From Thalia democratica (Eukaryota), in contig OZ241828.1 in NCBI GenBank assembly GCA_965202585.1, forward strand, positions 54,002,001 to 54,066,000: a stretch of DNA of 64,000 nt, in the 5' to 3' direction. Positions 11,201 to 22,637 of the stretch are shown piece after piece. The stretch's first letter is position 1. Every line of letters starts with the position of its first letter. The translations under genes and the position numbers were made by a program. The notes under the pieces are model-generated. The model saw only the letters and a program-made list of their open reading frames with translations, was not told the origin of the DNA and did not search any database.

Positions 11201-14200
11201 TACTATTAAATCCGACTGTTATAAAATTATATAATGTTTGTGATTATTAAGTCTAAAATAAGTAAAGTAAACTTAAGTACACAACAAAACAACATATCAT
11301 AATATAAACAAACAACTCACGTTAATGGAAAGAATGACTGATTTAAATTTTACCTTTGTTAATGAATGAAACTTTTATTGTCTTCACCGTTGTTAAGTTT
11401 TAATAAATTTTATTGATACACTAACTAATGGTTAATGTTTTATTTTGTTCAAAATAGATTACAAAATTAAAACTAAATTAACAAACTTTGCAATACAAAT
11501 TAAATAGTTGAATTAAGGCCATGGGGGGGGGGGGGGGGGGGGTAAACCATGCTTTTTACAAGTTGATCTTATTTTATAGAGTTTTTTCTAAGCTTCAAGA
11601 TGCTTTTTATTGTTTAAAAAAATTCAAATTATTTTTTGAGATATGACCAGTCAAAGTCGGGCCGCATAATAGGTTCCCTATAGAAAGGGAAAACTAAAAC
11701 AGCGTAAAAAGACTATTTCATTTAAAATCTATCTCCTCCTACATTTTTCAAGCGATCTTCTTCAAACTTTCACAGTTTAATCTTCATGTAATAACAAAAA
11801 AAACGTTACTTTGGAATTAAATTTTTTTTTTGTAAAAATATGTTTTTTTTGAAAAAAAAACACTTTCTTTTTTTTATTTTTGTGATAAAATTTTTATTTT
11901 TTTAATTACTAAAATTCTAAAGTAACGTTTTTTGCTTCTATTATAAGGAACGTATCCTGAAAATTTGAAGAAGATTGCTTGAAAAATGAAGGAGGAGATA
12001 GATTTTTAGTGTATTTTAAAATTTCCAAGAAAATTGACCCCAAAAAATTTGCGGTCCATACGTTTATATTGGACAACTTTAACAAAAAATTAAACATCTC
12101 AAAAGTTAAATGATATTTTTGAATTCTATAAAAACTGGCTTATAGTTTGTACTTTAAGCTTTCATATAAAAGCCAAAGTTAATTTAAGTAAAAAAAAATG
12201 TTGGACCCCCCCCCCCCCTATAGCCTTAACCTCATTTATATTGTGACATAATTATTAGATGTTATGAACGTATTTTGTTCATTCATTATCAACAGTAAAA
12301 TTTAAATCAGTCATTCTTTCCATTAATGTGAGTTGTTTGTTTATATTATGATTTGTTGTTTTGTTGTGTATTTTAGTTTACTTATTTTAGACTTAATAAT
12401 CACAAATATTATATAGTTTCATAACAGTCGGATTTAATATTAAGTATTTTACCTATTATTAACTATAATCTGTAGAAAATACTTTATTTTAATGAAAACC
12501 ACCTACTTTATTCTCTGCCTCTATTCTTTCATTACAGTAATTATTTTTTTACAGAACCCAGTTGAAGTGTGTTAATTCGTTAACACACAGAAACATATGT
12601 TGGTACAATAAAGGAAGATTACTGTACAATTTGTTTTTATTTATACTCTAGTGAAGTTACTTCACTAGGATCTTTTGTTAGTAAACGATTAAACCTATAC
12701 TTTTGAACAGCTATACTTTAAAAATATCTTAATTAAAGGTAAAGTTAGAAAACATATAGTTATTTAGTAGATACAATAATTTTAAGTGATTCTTTTAATA
12801 AAGAACAAATTACTATTTCTAAATTATAAAATAAGACCACCATAGGTATTATAAGTTAGCCTGTTTCACATTAATAGCCAACCTACCAGTTTGTTTTCAC
12901 TGTTTTTATAAATTTAAAGTAACTTTCGATATATAGCAATCAAAGTTTGAGGATTCAACAGGCTCCTTATGGAAGGTTTCAAGTAAATAAAAAGAAACCA
13001 GGGCTTCTGAAAAAAGGAAAACATCTGCTATTTTTATTTGTGCAAAATTTATTGATCAAAAACTAAATTCTCATACGAACTGAATGGGTTCCTATAAATA
13101 AGTTCAGTGGCTTTTGTAGATAAAATTAAACGTTTTTAAGTTGCAATGTACCGAATTTCATTTACTAGTCCCTTAACGCGTAAAACCAAACATTAAAAAA
13201 AGATATTTTTACAATTTTTCATTTAAGTTTGTTTGTATATCATAAATTTTTGATGAAAAAATTTAAAAAGCTTAACTCTTTTTTATATTATGCTTGAATC
13301 ATAACACTAGAACTATTCTTAAAATGTAAGATGACAACCAGTGACAATTTAGTTTTTATAATTATGTTTTAGAAGTATACAATAAACTAAATCTACATGT
13401 TTAAACTTAAATTATTTTCTTTAAAGAAAACATTTTCTATAAACTGTAATTAAAAATGAATTACTAAAACTTAAAAAAAAATTTTTATAAATGCCTAAAT
13501 TAATAAACCTAAAAATAAACTTACCAAACTAAGTTACAGCAGAGCGCTTTTTTAACTATATGAACTTATTTAAATATAACTTGACATAGATGTATTTTTT
13601 AGAAACATTATAAAATTTATTTCTTACTTAGGTTACCTGTGGTAGATGGCTGAGATAGTGGGATACTTGTGGCTGCACAGTTATTAAAGTTCATGTTGCT
13701 CATAGATGTTTGGGGAACATTCAAACCATGATTAACAATTGGGTGATGAGCTGTACCAGCATTACTTATTTGATTTGCAAAACTGACTTGACCAGCAACT
13801 TTCAAGTTATTATTCAAATTCAGTGGGTTTTCAATGGAACCAAGGCTCGAGTTGTTTGTGCTCAGTAACATAGCTGAAATTTAATACAACTTGGTCTATT
13901 ATCAATAAATGTTAGAAAAAGTAATACACTATTGAATTGTAAGAAAATAAATAAATACAGCCAGAATTATATTATTAATTTACCAACCTTGTTGAATTTT
14001 TTGGTTTTCCAAATACTGATTTATACTCTGTTCTACCATCTTTTTATGAATTGCCTCTTTTTCCATCTTGTTCTCGAAACTTTTAGAGGCAACTTTAGAA
14101 AACGGTGTCTGTGAAATCTGAGACAAGCCCATACTTGGAGTCAGAAGCGGAGCTACAGTTTGGTGCACCAAATTGACCGACGGGGAGTTTCTGTTTGAAT

Positions 14201-15380
14201 ACACTGATTCTGACCAAGCACTAGAGTTTTTAAATGCTTCCTGCAAGGCACTTGTTTCAAGTTGTGAGCTAAGAAACATAGAACTCTTAATAGGAGTACC
14301 ATTCCTATCGTTGGTAGTTTTTTTACTTGCATCTTGATAATTTGTGCTGAAGAATTTACTGTTGTCAACATTGTTCATATTGAAATGCTGATTTAACAAG
14401 TTAATCTCAGTGAGATTACTGTTATGATTAGGCACTATTTTTTCTTTGTCCATTAGATTGTTTTGATAACTTTGTCTTTTGTAGTCATAAAGAACTGTGC
14501 AAAAAAAAATCTTAAAGATTTGTCAAAATAAAATTGGAATAAAAAATTATACTAAAATATTTTCTTATAACAAAACTATAACATTATTTTTAAAAAAAGT
14601 CAGACATTTTTTTACACAACCAAAGGAAATAAATACAATATATAATAAATTTTTATTATCTAACAAGTTAGTTTATGGAAAATATGTACATTTTGCTATA
14701 TTACTAAATTAAAAAATATACAATTACCAGGATTTAAGTGACTTGATGAGTTTTTTCTTTGAGTCAAGTTACCAAAATCAGTAGCAGCAGATTGAAAGAT
14801 ATTTGTATCTAATCCATTAGAAATGTTACCTACATTTTTATTAGTAGTTTTAGAAGTATATATACTATTAAGAGTTTGGGGTATTGATTTGTAAGAAAAA
14901 ATGATTGAAACTAATTTACTAAACAACTTTTTAAGATTTATAGAACTTATTAAAATCATGAATAAAACTTTGAAATGTCAAAAAATCTATTATAATATCT
15001 GATCATGGTTAATTGCTTTAAATATTTTTAATTCTTAGAGGACTAAAATTTATACTTATTCATATGTATCATTTTAGACTTTAAAGTACTTAATTAAAAT
15101 TTAAAAAAGTTTGTCTTATTTTATTGTTCTGACATATGTATTTATTCAATTTACACAGTACTTAAATATATTAAACTAAGATATGTTTCTCTGTGTTAAA
15201 CAATTTAACACAGTTTCACTGAGTTTGAAGACCCAAAAGTAACTTAAAAAGTAGTTACTTTTTTGATCTTAATAACTCTGTGGAACTGTGTTTATTTGTG
15301 TTCACTACATCAAATTGGTAGATAAAAGTACTGTATAAACTGTTTTTGTTATATACTCCACAAAATTGCTTTGCTATGAT
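5185..15380 (-). CDS. CPEB1: cytoplasmic polyadenylation element-binding protein 1 (CPEB1/Orb)-like, at least 12 coding exons, at least 703 aa, start codon not resolved
   Basis: Exons (minus): 15380-15259, 14864-14728, 14494-13988, 13873-13637, 10949-10813, 10415-10274, 9987-9865, 9679-9587, 8716-8574, 6059-5867, 5737-5559, 5283-5185. All are GT-AG and phase-consistent. RRM1 YSVKVFVGGIPWDLDE...GFTYLIL; RRM2 TVFVGGLHGMM...[28 protein letters not shown]; ZZ finger IQIEPYLSENAKCSRCMHPGPNFCSHDDCFRYYCDNCWNAVH...H. GGLHG and PGP.FC are CPEB1-type rather than CPEB2-4-type. Confidence 0.92.
5559..5737 (-). CDS. CPEB1: CPEB1 exon (RRM2 end and ZZ N-half)
   Basis: cag|GSGRVTFQSNHSYRNAIRAGFVRV...IEPYLSENAKCSRCMHPGPNFCSHD|gtcagt. 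Confidence 0.93.
5867..6059 (-). CDS. CPEB1: CPEB1 exon (linker and RRM2)
   Basis: cag|IIPWMLCYSN...TVFVGGLHGMM...[12 protein letters not shown]|gtttgt. Confidence 0.95.
6596..7008. mobile_element. MITE with subterminal TTGCACG(A) arrays and an internal telomere-like motif, copy 1
   Basis: Termini GGGTAGCTGTCAAATTTGCACG and CGTGCAATTTTGACCAGTTCCC. TTGCACG repeats on the left are mirrored by CGTGCAA on the right. CCCCCAACCCTT near 6790. Same family as 21765-22235. TSD not clean. Confidence 0.75.
7170..7869. mobile_element. non-autonomous DNA transposon (Kolobok-like: RR termini, 4-bp TTAW TSD), copy 1
   Basis: TIR GGCCATAGGGGGGGTAG...CTACCCCCCCCTATGGCC flanked by identical TTAT at 7166-7169 and 7870-7873. 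Contains internal inverted sub-repeats. Confidence 0.8.
8574..8716 (-). CDS. CPEB1: CPEB1 exon (RRM1 C-half)
   Basis: cag|AGFTYLILDGEESVRRLINTC...YQYELSSKSKQNKQVQ|gtttga. Confidence 0.9.
9587..9679 (-). CDS. CPEB1: CPEB1 exon (RRM1 middle)
   Basis: tag|NALRLAFANFGLVEVQKGEVKNKSSSYSDSK|gttttt, phase 1/1. Confidence 0.85.
9865..9987 (-). CDS. CPEB1: CPEB1 exon (RRM1 start)
   Basis: tag|NEKKQIIKYEKTLLKLPLNFSCFPSYSVKVFVGGIPWDLDE|gtaaat. Confidence 0.9.
10274..10415 (-). CDS. CPEB1: CPEB1 exon (pre-RRM helix)
   Basis: cag|EKGINKINEEKKLQQLASTMWSNNPQ...SGLNI|gtatgt. Confidence 0.8.
10813..10949 (-). CDS. CPEB1: CPEB1 exon (N-terminal region)
   Basis: tag|AAISSQNQATKQ...LENQGLLSEVL|gttagt, phase 1/0, open frame. 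Confidence 0.75.
10994..11370 (-). repeat. dispersed repeat family A, inverted partial copy
   Basis: Reverse complement of about 12270-12642 (e.g. AATTGTACAGTAATCTTCCTTTATTGTACCAACATATGTTTCTGTG). The same family occurs at 16746-17222. Confidence 0.8.
11372..12642 (+). repeat. dispersed repeat family A, forward copy interrupted by a Kolobok-like MITE
   Basis: 11372-11512 joined to 12230-12540 is colinear with the uninterrupted copy at 16746-17222. Confidence 0.8.
11517..12225. mobile_element. Kolobok-like MITE, copy 2 (opposite orientation to copy 1)
   Basis: GGCCAT-G20...C-run-TATAGCC flanked by TTAA at 11513-11516 and 12226-12229. Its left portion is the reverse complement of 7700-7869. 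Confidence 0.8.
13637..13873 (-). CDS. CPEB1: CPEB1 exon (N/S-rich disordered region)
   Basis: cag|..MLLSTNNSSLG...PLSQPSTT|gtaacc, phase 1/1. Confidence 0.8.
13988..14494 (-). CDS. CPEB1: CPEB1 exon (disordered region with SP/TP sites)
   Basis: cag|VLYDYKRQSYQNNLMDKEK...NQKIQQ|gttggt, 507 nt open, phase 1/1. Confidence 0.82.
14728..14864 (-). CDS. CPEB1: CPEB1 exon (N-terminal)
   Basis: tag|IYTSKTTNKNVG...SSSHLNP|gtaatt, phase 2/1. Confidence 0.65.
15259..15380 (-). CDS. CPEB1: CPEB1 putative exon (most 5' exon that could be supported)
   Basis: cag|IIAKQFCGVYNKNSLYSTFIYQFDVV...LLRSK|gtaact, phase 0/2. The upstream partner exon was not identified. Confidence 0.55.
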
Positions 15381-16664
15381 CTGTACTAAAAAACTATTAA
15401 CTTGAAATTTTGAATATTTGCAATTAAATATATTAATTGAAAACAAAATTTAATAAACAACTCCTAAAATGTTGAAAAAGTAAGGACATCAAAAAAGTAT
15501 GTACGTTGAACCCACACAATAGTGTACTTACAAAGTATTTAACTTTAGTTTTAAGACAAGTTTTAGCTTTTTCACTTATACTATACCTAATATCTAATCA
15601 TTATAACAATTTATAATCTATATTAGTTTATTTAAGATTTACTAAATTGTTTCAAAAAATAATTGTGTAATACTTGCACTAATCAAAATCATGTCATTTA
15701 TTCATTAACTTTATTTCTTTAAATCAAAAGGTGTTATTTTTTCATAACATCTTTAATCCCACTTAATTTTAAGATATAGTGAGTACCTTATCAATGTTCT
15801 TGCTGCATTCATACGAAAATAGTACTTACAATAAATAATTATTTTTCTTTCATGTTTTTGGGTGTAATAGAAATAATTATAATATATATAAAGTATATAT
15901 TTTTTAAATGAAACTTTAACATGGAAAAAGAAAAGTTGGTTTGTTAATTATATACTTACACAAAAAGAAAAAGAAAACTTTGTTTACTTATACTTTTTGC
16001 ATCAAAGATTGAGGTTGTTTAGTATAAATCTTAAAAGCGAGTTAAAAGAAAAAACATTTTAAATTAACCAAGTTTTCGAATTTGAAACAACTTTGCTTTG
16101 TTTAATTCTAACAATATTTTTCTTGTACGTTACACTTTTAACTACTATTTCATACAGCAATGACAGTTATCATATGCTGGCTTGTATTTTAAATGAAAAA
16201 TAAATAGTCTTCAAAGTCATAAAAATAGACTATTTTACTAAAAATCTATCTCCAACTGTTTCTACATATATTTTTATGAATTGGTTAATAATTTTTTTTT
16301 AATTATTAGCAACTTCAAGAAAAAACATTAAAATTCTTGCTTTTGTTGCTAATAAAAGAAGGTTGTTTTTTTTATATAAATTCCTTTTTTTTTTCAAAAA
16401 TACCTTACTACATGTTGTAAGTTATATTAAAAAGATTGTTACCTGAAAGTTTAGTAAATTAATTTAAAAATAAAGAAGTTTGACATTGTTAGTTAGTAAA
16501 TTTTTCAAAAATTTTAAAAACTTGGTCATGAAAAATAACTGTTCTAAACTTTTGTACTAAAACTTGTTTTAAAACAGATTGTTATTAAAAAATTAGATAA
16601 AATGGTTTGTTCTATAAAAAGTATCTTCTACAGGGTTGCCAAATGGTTTTGACAAATTTTCTCC

Positions 16665-16742
16665 AGAAACTCGATGTAACATGTATATTATATAAATATT
16701 AAAAGCATTTAATAAATAATATACATGTTACATCAAGTTTCT
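16665..16742. repeat. 27-bp inverted repeat (hairpin)
   Basis: AGAAACTCGATGTAACATGTATATTAT...ATAATATACATGTTACATCAAGTTTCT, one mismatch, 24-nt AT-rich spacer. Confidence 0.85.
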
Positions 16743-16745
16743 GTG

Positions 16746-17222
16746 ACTTTTATTGTCTTCACCGTTGTTAAGTTTTATTAAACTTTATTGATTCACTAAC
16801 TAATGGTTGATGTTTTATTTTTGTTCAAAAAAGATTACAAACATAAAAACTAAATTAACAAGCTTTGCAATACAAATTAAATAGTTGAAATAACCTTATT
16901 TATATTGTGACGTAATTATTAGATGTAATGAATGTATTTTGTTCATTCATTGACAACAGTAAAATTTGAATCACTTATTCTTTCCATTAATGTGAGTTGT
17001 TTGTTTAAATTATGATTTGTTGTTTTGATGTGTATTTTAGTTTACTTTACTTATTTTAGATATAATTATTACAAATATTATATAGTTCTATATGTCGGAT
17101 TTAATATTAAGTATTTTATCTGTTATTAACTATTATCTGTAGAAATTATTTTACTTTAATGAAAACATGTATACACCTACTGTATTATATGCTTCTATTC
17201 TTTCATTACAGTAATTTTTTTT
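16746..17222 (+). repeat. dispersed repeat family A, uninterrupted copy
   Basis: Colinear with 11372-11512 plus 12230-12540. Shows the empty site AGTTGAAATAACC near 16883-16895. Confidence 0.8.
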
Positions 17223-17279
17223 TACTTTGTGAACTTTACAACTACCTTGTAAACTTGCAGTGAAGTGTTTTTTTTTAAT

Positions 17280-17571
17280 ATAAAATTTTTATTTTTTAAT
17301 TTTTTGAAATTCTGTTCTGACATTTCCTGAACATTTGAGGTAGTTATCTCAAAAAATGTAGAAGACAGATTTTTAGCAAAATAGTCTATTTTGAGGTTTT
17401 AGTATGTGCCTCCCATAAGGAACCTAATGTTGCTTCCAACTTTGACCGGCTATATCTCAAAAGCTATTTTGAATTTATAAAATTGGTAAAAAGCATCTTG
17501 TAGCTTACTAAAAACTATATAATATAGATCAAATTGTGATAAAAGTGTTTTACCCCTCCCCCCTATGCCCC
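17280..17571. mobile_element. Kolobok-like MITE, truncated and diverged copy 3
   Basis: Matches the right end of the 7170 copy (CCCATAAGGAACC...TTTGACCGGCTATATCTCAAAA...TACCCCTCCCCCCTATGCCCC) and is followed by TTAA. A further internal fragment lies near 18510-18660. Confidence 0.6.
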
Positions 17572-20500
17572 TTAATTTAATAGGTTCACTAGTATCTATA
17601 ACAAAATTAACTGATATTAGTACACAGTGGCCAAACCAGTCAAAACTATTTTTTTCAGATCATTGGGGTTAATCATGTTTTATAATGCAACTATATTTTG
17701 TAAATATTTTTTTAAGCACTCAGACACTTATAGCTGCTTAACAAAACTTAAAGTAACTTTTGAGTTATAAGTTATCTAAGTTAGTGAGTTCAACAAAATC
17801 TTAAGTAAGGAGCTATAAACTAAAATAACAATGTGAAAAGTTGACTTAAACTTATCTTTTTCATTCTTTATCCAATATTTATCAAATATAACATTAGCTC
17901 TTTTATAAAAGTTATAAGTTTAAAACATAATAAGTTTTTGTAGTTTAAAAAAAAACTAATTTTTTATCAAGATGGGGTTATTTTTGTAAAAAATAATGAT
18001 GGACCTTAATTTCTTCACATTTAATAATTGTAGATTTCATTAATTCATAAAAAATCTAACTTTTATTGGACTAGATATCAGCAGGGTTCCCACTAAAATT
18101 TCTAAGAAGTTTAGAGCGTTGAGGGGCCACCTTGATTTATATAAGTTGATGTTATATTATAGAATTTAATCTGATCTACTAGAAGTTTTTAACCTCTGAA
18201 CAAAATTCCAAAGTAACTTTTAAGATATAAGAAATCAAATTTGGTGACCTCAATAGGATCCTAATTGAAGGAAAAACTAAAAGCGCTAAAAATGACTTGT
18301 TCACTAAATATCTATCTTCTCCTTTATTTTAAACCAATAATTAAAACTTTACAGTGAAACTTTTACTAATTATTATATCAATTAAATGCAAGATTTTTTT
18401 AATTTTTTAAATTAAAATTTTATCAAAAAAACAATTTTTTTTTTTGTTTTTATCATCTAAAACTATTATTTTTCAACATTTTAAAAAACACAACAACTTT
18501 TAAATTACAAAAAGAATGTTTCCTAAAAATTTGAGGTTTCTAGCTCAAAAAGAAGGAGGAGATTGATTTTTAGAGAATTTTTAAACTTTCAAGAAAGTTT
18601 ACAATTAAAAACTTTTGGTCCATACTTTTGCATTGAAAACTTTTTTGAAAAAATCAATTTTATGGCTTTCAAAATGAAAAACTAAAGATTAATTAAAAAT
18701 ATCAAATTATGCTAAAAAAGGTGAGAATCCTACTAAAACTTTATACTGCCAAGTTGAAAACTATATTCTGCCTTAGAAGGTAACACAACATCCCCTACCT
18801 TTTATTTAGATTTTTACAATCATTTACATTCAAATTTTTCTTGTTGCCTTTAAAACAACCAAATAGTTACATCATAAAACTGTGTCTTTATTTATATAAA
18901 TTGATGCTCAATCAATCTTTCAGGATTTCCAAAGATCAAGCAGAAAAAAATTCTTGACTTTTCAAAATCAAGTTCTTAATCATAACCAACTCAAAATCTA
19001 TAACCAAAGACTCAAAAGATTTAATTCATTGCAAAATTTCAATTAGTCTCTGAAAAAAGATGAATTGCAAAAGAACTTTTTATAGAAAAAAACATTAAAC
19101 AATAAATAAAGATAAAAACTTTGTCATAGACAAGAGGACAATATCCGTTAAGAGGTATCTGTGATGTGCAACCTTATAACCCAAAGGTTCTTTGTGCACC
19201 AGGTCCTAGAACAAAATATTTTGAGCATTGTTTTTTATTGATTAAATAAACTATAATTAGCAAAATGCAGTTTGTAGTGATAATAAACTCTCTTGTTAAG
19301 AACATGACCATATCAAATTCTCTGACCTTTTTTTTAAAGCTCGAAGTTTTTCCTGACTTTTTTTTTTCTGACTTTAACAGACTTTGTGGCAACCTTGATC
19401 TGGGCTTGTAGAAAATTTTAATTTATAGAAAAGGGTCGGTATGAAATATTGGAAGTTGGGCATAAAAAAAATTTCAAAAAGTTTCTTAAACTTGCACACT
19501 ACATATCATGTTCTAGGTTAAATTTGTTTGAAAACCTTAATTGAAATTTATTGAAAAATATTTAGATACTTTTATTTTGTACATTCTGTTTTTTGTTAAA
19601 CATAATCAAGTTATAGCTTTTTTGAATAAAAACTAAAACCAAATATTAACAACAGCAATCTGTAATATTAGAAATAAGGTACATACTATAAACATTTACT
19701 GTAAACATCAGATTGCTTACAAATTTTTCTACATGAACTGTAAAAGTATTACCTCACAGCATTGTCTTATATAAAAGATTTTAAGTCCGGATTAGTCAAA
19801 AATATGTAGATAAAATCTAAATTTTGTTAATTTTTATAAACAAAAAAGACCCTTTTTAAGCAAAAAACATCAGAACTCACTCTTCCTTTTTTAGTCTAAT
19901 TTAATATAAAAATTAATATTATCAAAAGTTTAGTAGCACTAACCAGAAAAACATCCATTGACACTTAGATATTGGTCCATTAGAAGATAGGCAATGCACT
20001 TAAGTTGATTATATCTAACAGACAGTTCAAATGTTTGTTGTAAAAATTCGGGCTTCAGCTATTTTCTTTTTAAATTTTTTTAACTAACAAGGGAAACGTT
20101 AGCACGTCTAGTATGTATTTTATTTGTAATTGACTAAAAATATTTTCAATGATATTATGCAAAAAATGTTAAATTTAAATTTATTTTGTTTTCTTAATTA
20201 GAAAAAATTGTTTTTATAAAATATTTCTTTTCTAGTTTTTTTCTTAGACACATAAAGTCTAATAATATTGAGTTAAATAAGTCTTAGTCAAGTCAAGATT
20301 CAAAACTATTATTTGTAAAATATATTAGAATTAAGTTCTATTTAATTTTTAGTGTTAAAAAAAATGTTTAAACTTTGTTTCCTTAGGTATTCATTTAATA
20401 ATTATAAGTGTACAATCGCTAAAAACCTTTATTAAAAATACATGCAGTTAACATTGTTTAAGTATTAAAAGATATAAATTTTCTGTGAATACTGTTTTAT

Positions 20501-21764
20501 GATCTTATTTAAGCATTATGGATAAAAAAATAGTTGTAAAAATTGTTTTTAAATTAGTAAAATTGAAAAAAAAAAGTATTGCAAAGTGTTTGTTAACGCT
20601 TTTTTATCTTATAATTACATAAATAATCAAGTCCTAAAAAAGTCTATTATTTCTATATACATGTTCAAAATTAAAAAAACAATATTTATGAGTACGGTAA
20701 ACGGTTTCAATTAAGTTTAGCATTCAGTTTTTTTTTTTTTGGTAATTTTACTCTTGCTTAACCACCTTTAGAACTTAAAAGTTTTTTTGTTAGTCATTCT
20801 CAAACAGTTTAGTAAAACTGTATTCTTTTTTTTTGCTAAATTAAGAAGGGTATAAGAAAAATTGTTTTATAATTTTTTTAATTATTATAACAAGTAGTTT
20901 CACTGCACTAAATGCTACTTTAATTTTAAGAATAAAAAAACTTTTTTTAAATATTTATTCCTAATTTAAAAAACTTCGATCTAAACTGTTTTGATTTTAT
21001 TTTACCTATTAAGCACCAAGTAAAATTATTTAAAACAAATTAGGTTACCAACTAATTTCCATAGCCTTTTTTAAAGCGTTTTTTATAAAAACTTGATTAC
21101 CAGAAATTCAGGATCATACTCTTTATTTTGTGAAACTAAATTCTACGTACTTTAATTGATCTTTGAACAACATGTTTTTGAACATTTTTGTTTTGTTTGT
21201 ATTACATGTATTATTTTTACTATAACAAATAGATATTGAAATATAAATATTTTTTTACTTTACGCAACTTTACCAAAAATTTAATTAAACTAGTTTTATT
21301 ATTTTTCTATCTAGATAAATAGTTAACATTTACGCTGAAGTTAAAGATCTAACCACAATAAAATACTAATATGCATGAAGTGTTCTTTTTTGATTAGCTT
21401 TAAACCTAGAAAATGTCTTGTAAACTTTTAGGAAGACATGGTGTAGCATAATAACACTAAACAAAGTTAAATTTTGTAAATAATGTATTTTTACAAAAAT
21501 ATTTTGTTGTAATGTCAAAATAACAAAAAATTGCAAAATACTTACATTACTGATACGACGCACGTTTTTCTTTGTTAAACTAATGGCTAATTAAAAACTT
21601 TTAGATCATGTTAACATTACTAAAATTTGGGTTATTTCTAGAGTTTTTTTAAATACATATCTCGCATATTTGATATTTATATAAAAATCTTAAATACTTT
21701 ATTAATTTTAAGCTCAATTAAACTATACGGCGTAGTTTCCATTTTTTGATGAGTATATCGCTAC

Positions 21765-22235
21765 GGGTAAGAGTCGAATATGCACGAAGGGTCACTTTTG
21801 CACGAAGACGCTTATTCACGAGGGGTCACTTTTGCACAAAGACACTTTTCCACGGGTTAAATTTTTTTCTAATAGTTTTTTGTTTGTTTTATTTTTTTTA
21901 GGTAAAAAAATTTATTTTTTTATTTTTTTTACTACTGTTACCCCTAACCCTTACCCTCGATCGGTAACTTTTTCTTCTTCTTTTTATATTTTTTTACTCT
22001 AATTTTGTTATTTATTAAATTTCTTTTTAAATTTTACTGGCAATTTTTGTTAGTTATTACTTTTTTGTTTGTTACTATCACTGAACCCCTAACCCTTACC
22101 CTCGGTCGGTAACTTATTTTTCCTTTTATCTTTTCTCGTTTTTTACTTATAGTATTTTTTATTTTATTTTTTTTACTCTCATGCAAAAATTACCCTTCGT
22201 GCAAAAGTGTCTTTGTGCATATTTGACCCGTTTCC
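21765..22235. mobile_element. TTGCACG-array MITE, copy 2, with 8-bp TSD
   Basis: Imperfect 21-bp TIR (GGGTAAGAGTCGAATATGCAC versus rc GGAAACGGGTCAAATATGCAC). TSD ATCGCTAC at 21757-21764 and 22236-22243. Two internal CCCCTAACCCTTACCCTCG motifs. Confidence 0.8.
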
Positions 22236-22391
22236 ATCGCTACATTTACTTTTTATTTGGTCTTATTAATAGGCTCTTAAAAAAAAGTGTTATGTACATA
22301 AAGGTTTAATAAATTTTCGTTTGGGTTTAACAATGCATAAAGTTGTAAAAAAACAAATGTATCATAATGATTAATTTCACAAACTTTAAAC

Positions 22392-22637
22392 CAGGATTTC
22401 CCAAACTTTGTTTTCGAATGGCTCCCTTTGAAGAATTGAAAAAAGCTATGGCCATGGCCCCCTTCAACATAACTTCAAACTACCATTAAAAACACCTAAG
22501 ACCCTTTTTTGCTCTTCATCATCAACTCTAGAATATCTAGCGTAAGTTTCAAATTATGACCTCATTTCTTCCCTGTGGCTCCTGAACATCTGTCATAGCC
22601 CCCAAGGGGGCCACTTGGCTCAGTTTGGGAAACCCTG
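22392..22637. mobile_element. hAT/Charlie-like MITE
   Basis: TIR CAGGATTTCCCAAACT...AGTTTGGGAAACCCTG (15/16 match). Degenerate 8-bp flanks CTTTAAAC and CTATACAG. Confidence 0.75.

Noticed and set aside
15700-16450. Candidate CPEB start exons (e.g. MNAARTLI|GTACTC near 15787-15812, and exon-like pieces at about 15995-16030 and 16404-16442)
   Set aside because: Several mutually incompatible options with weak splice signals; the start cannot be fixed without transcript data.
18840-19400. Possible hAT/ZMYM transposase remnant
   Set aside because: Only a vague RGQYP/QP resemblance among many stops; not supportable without blastx.
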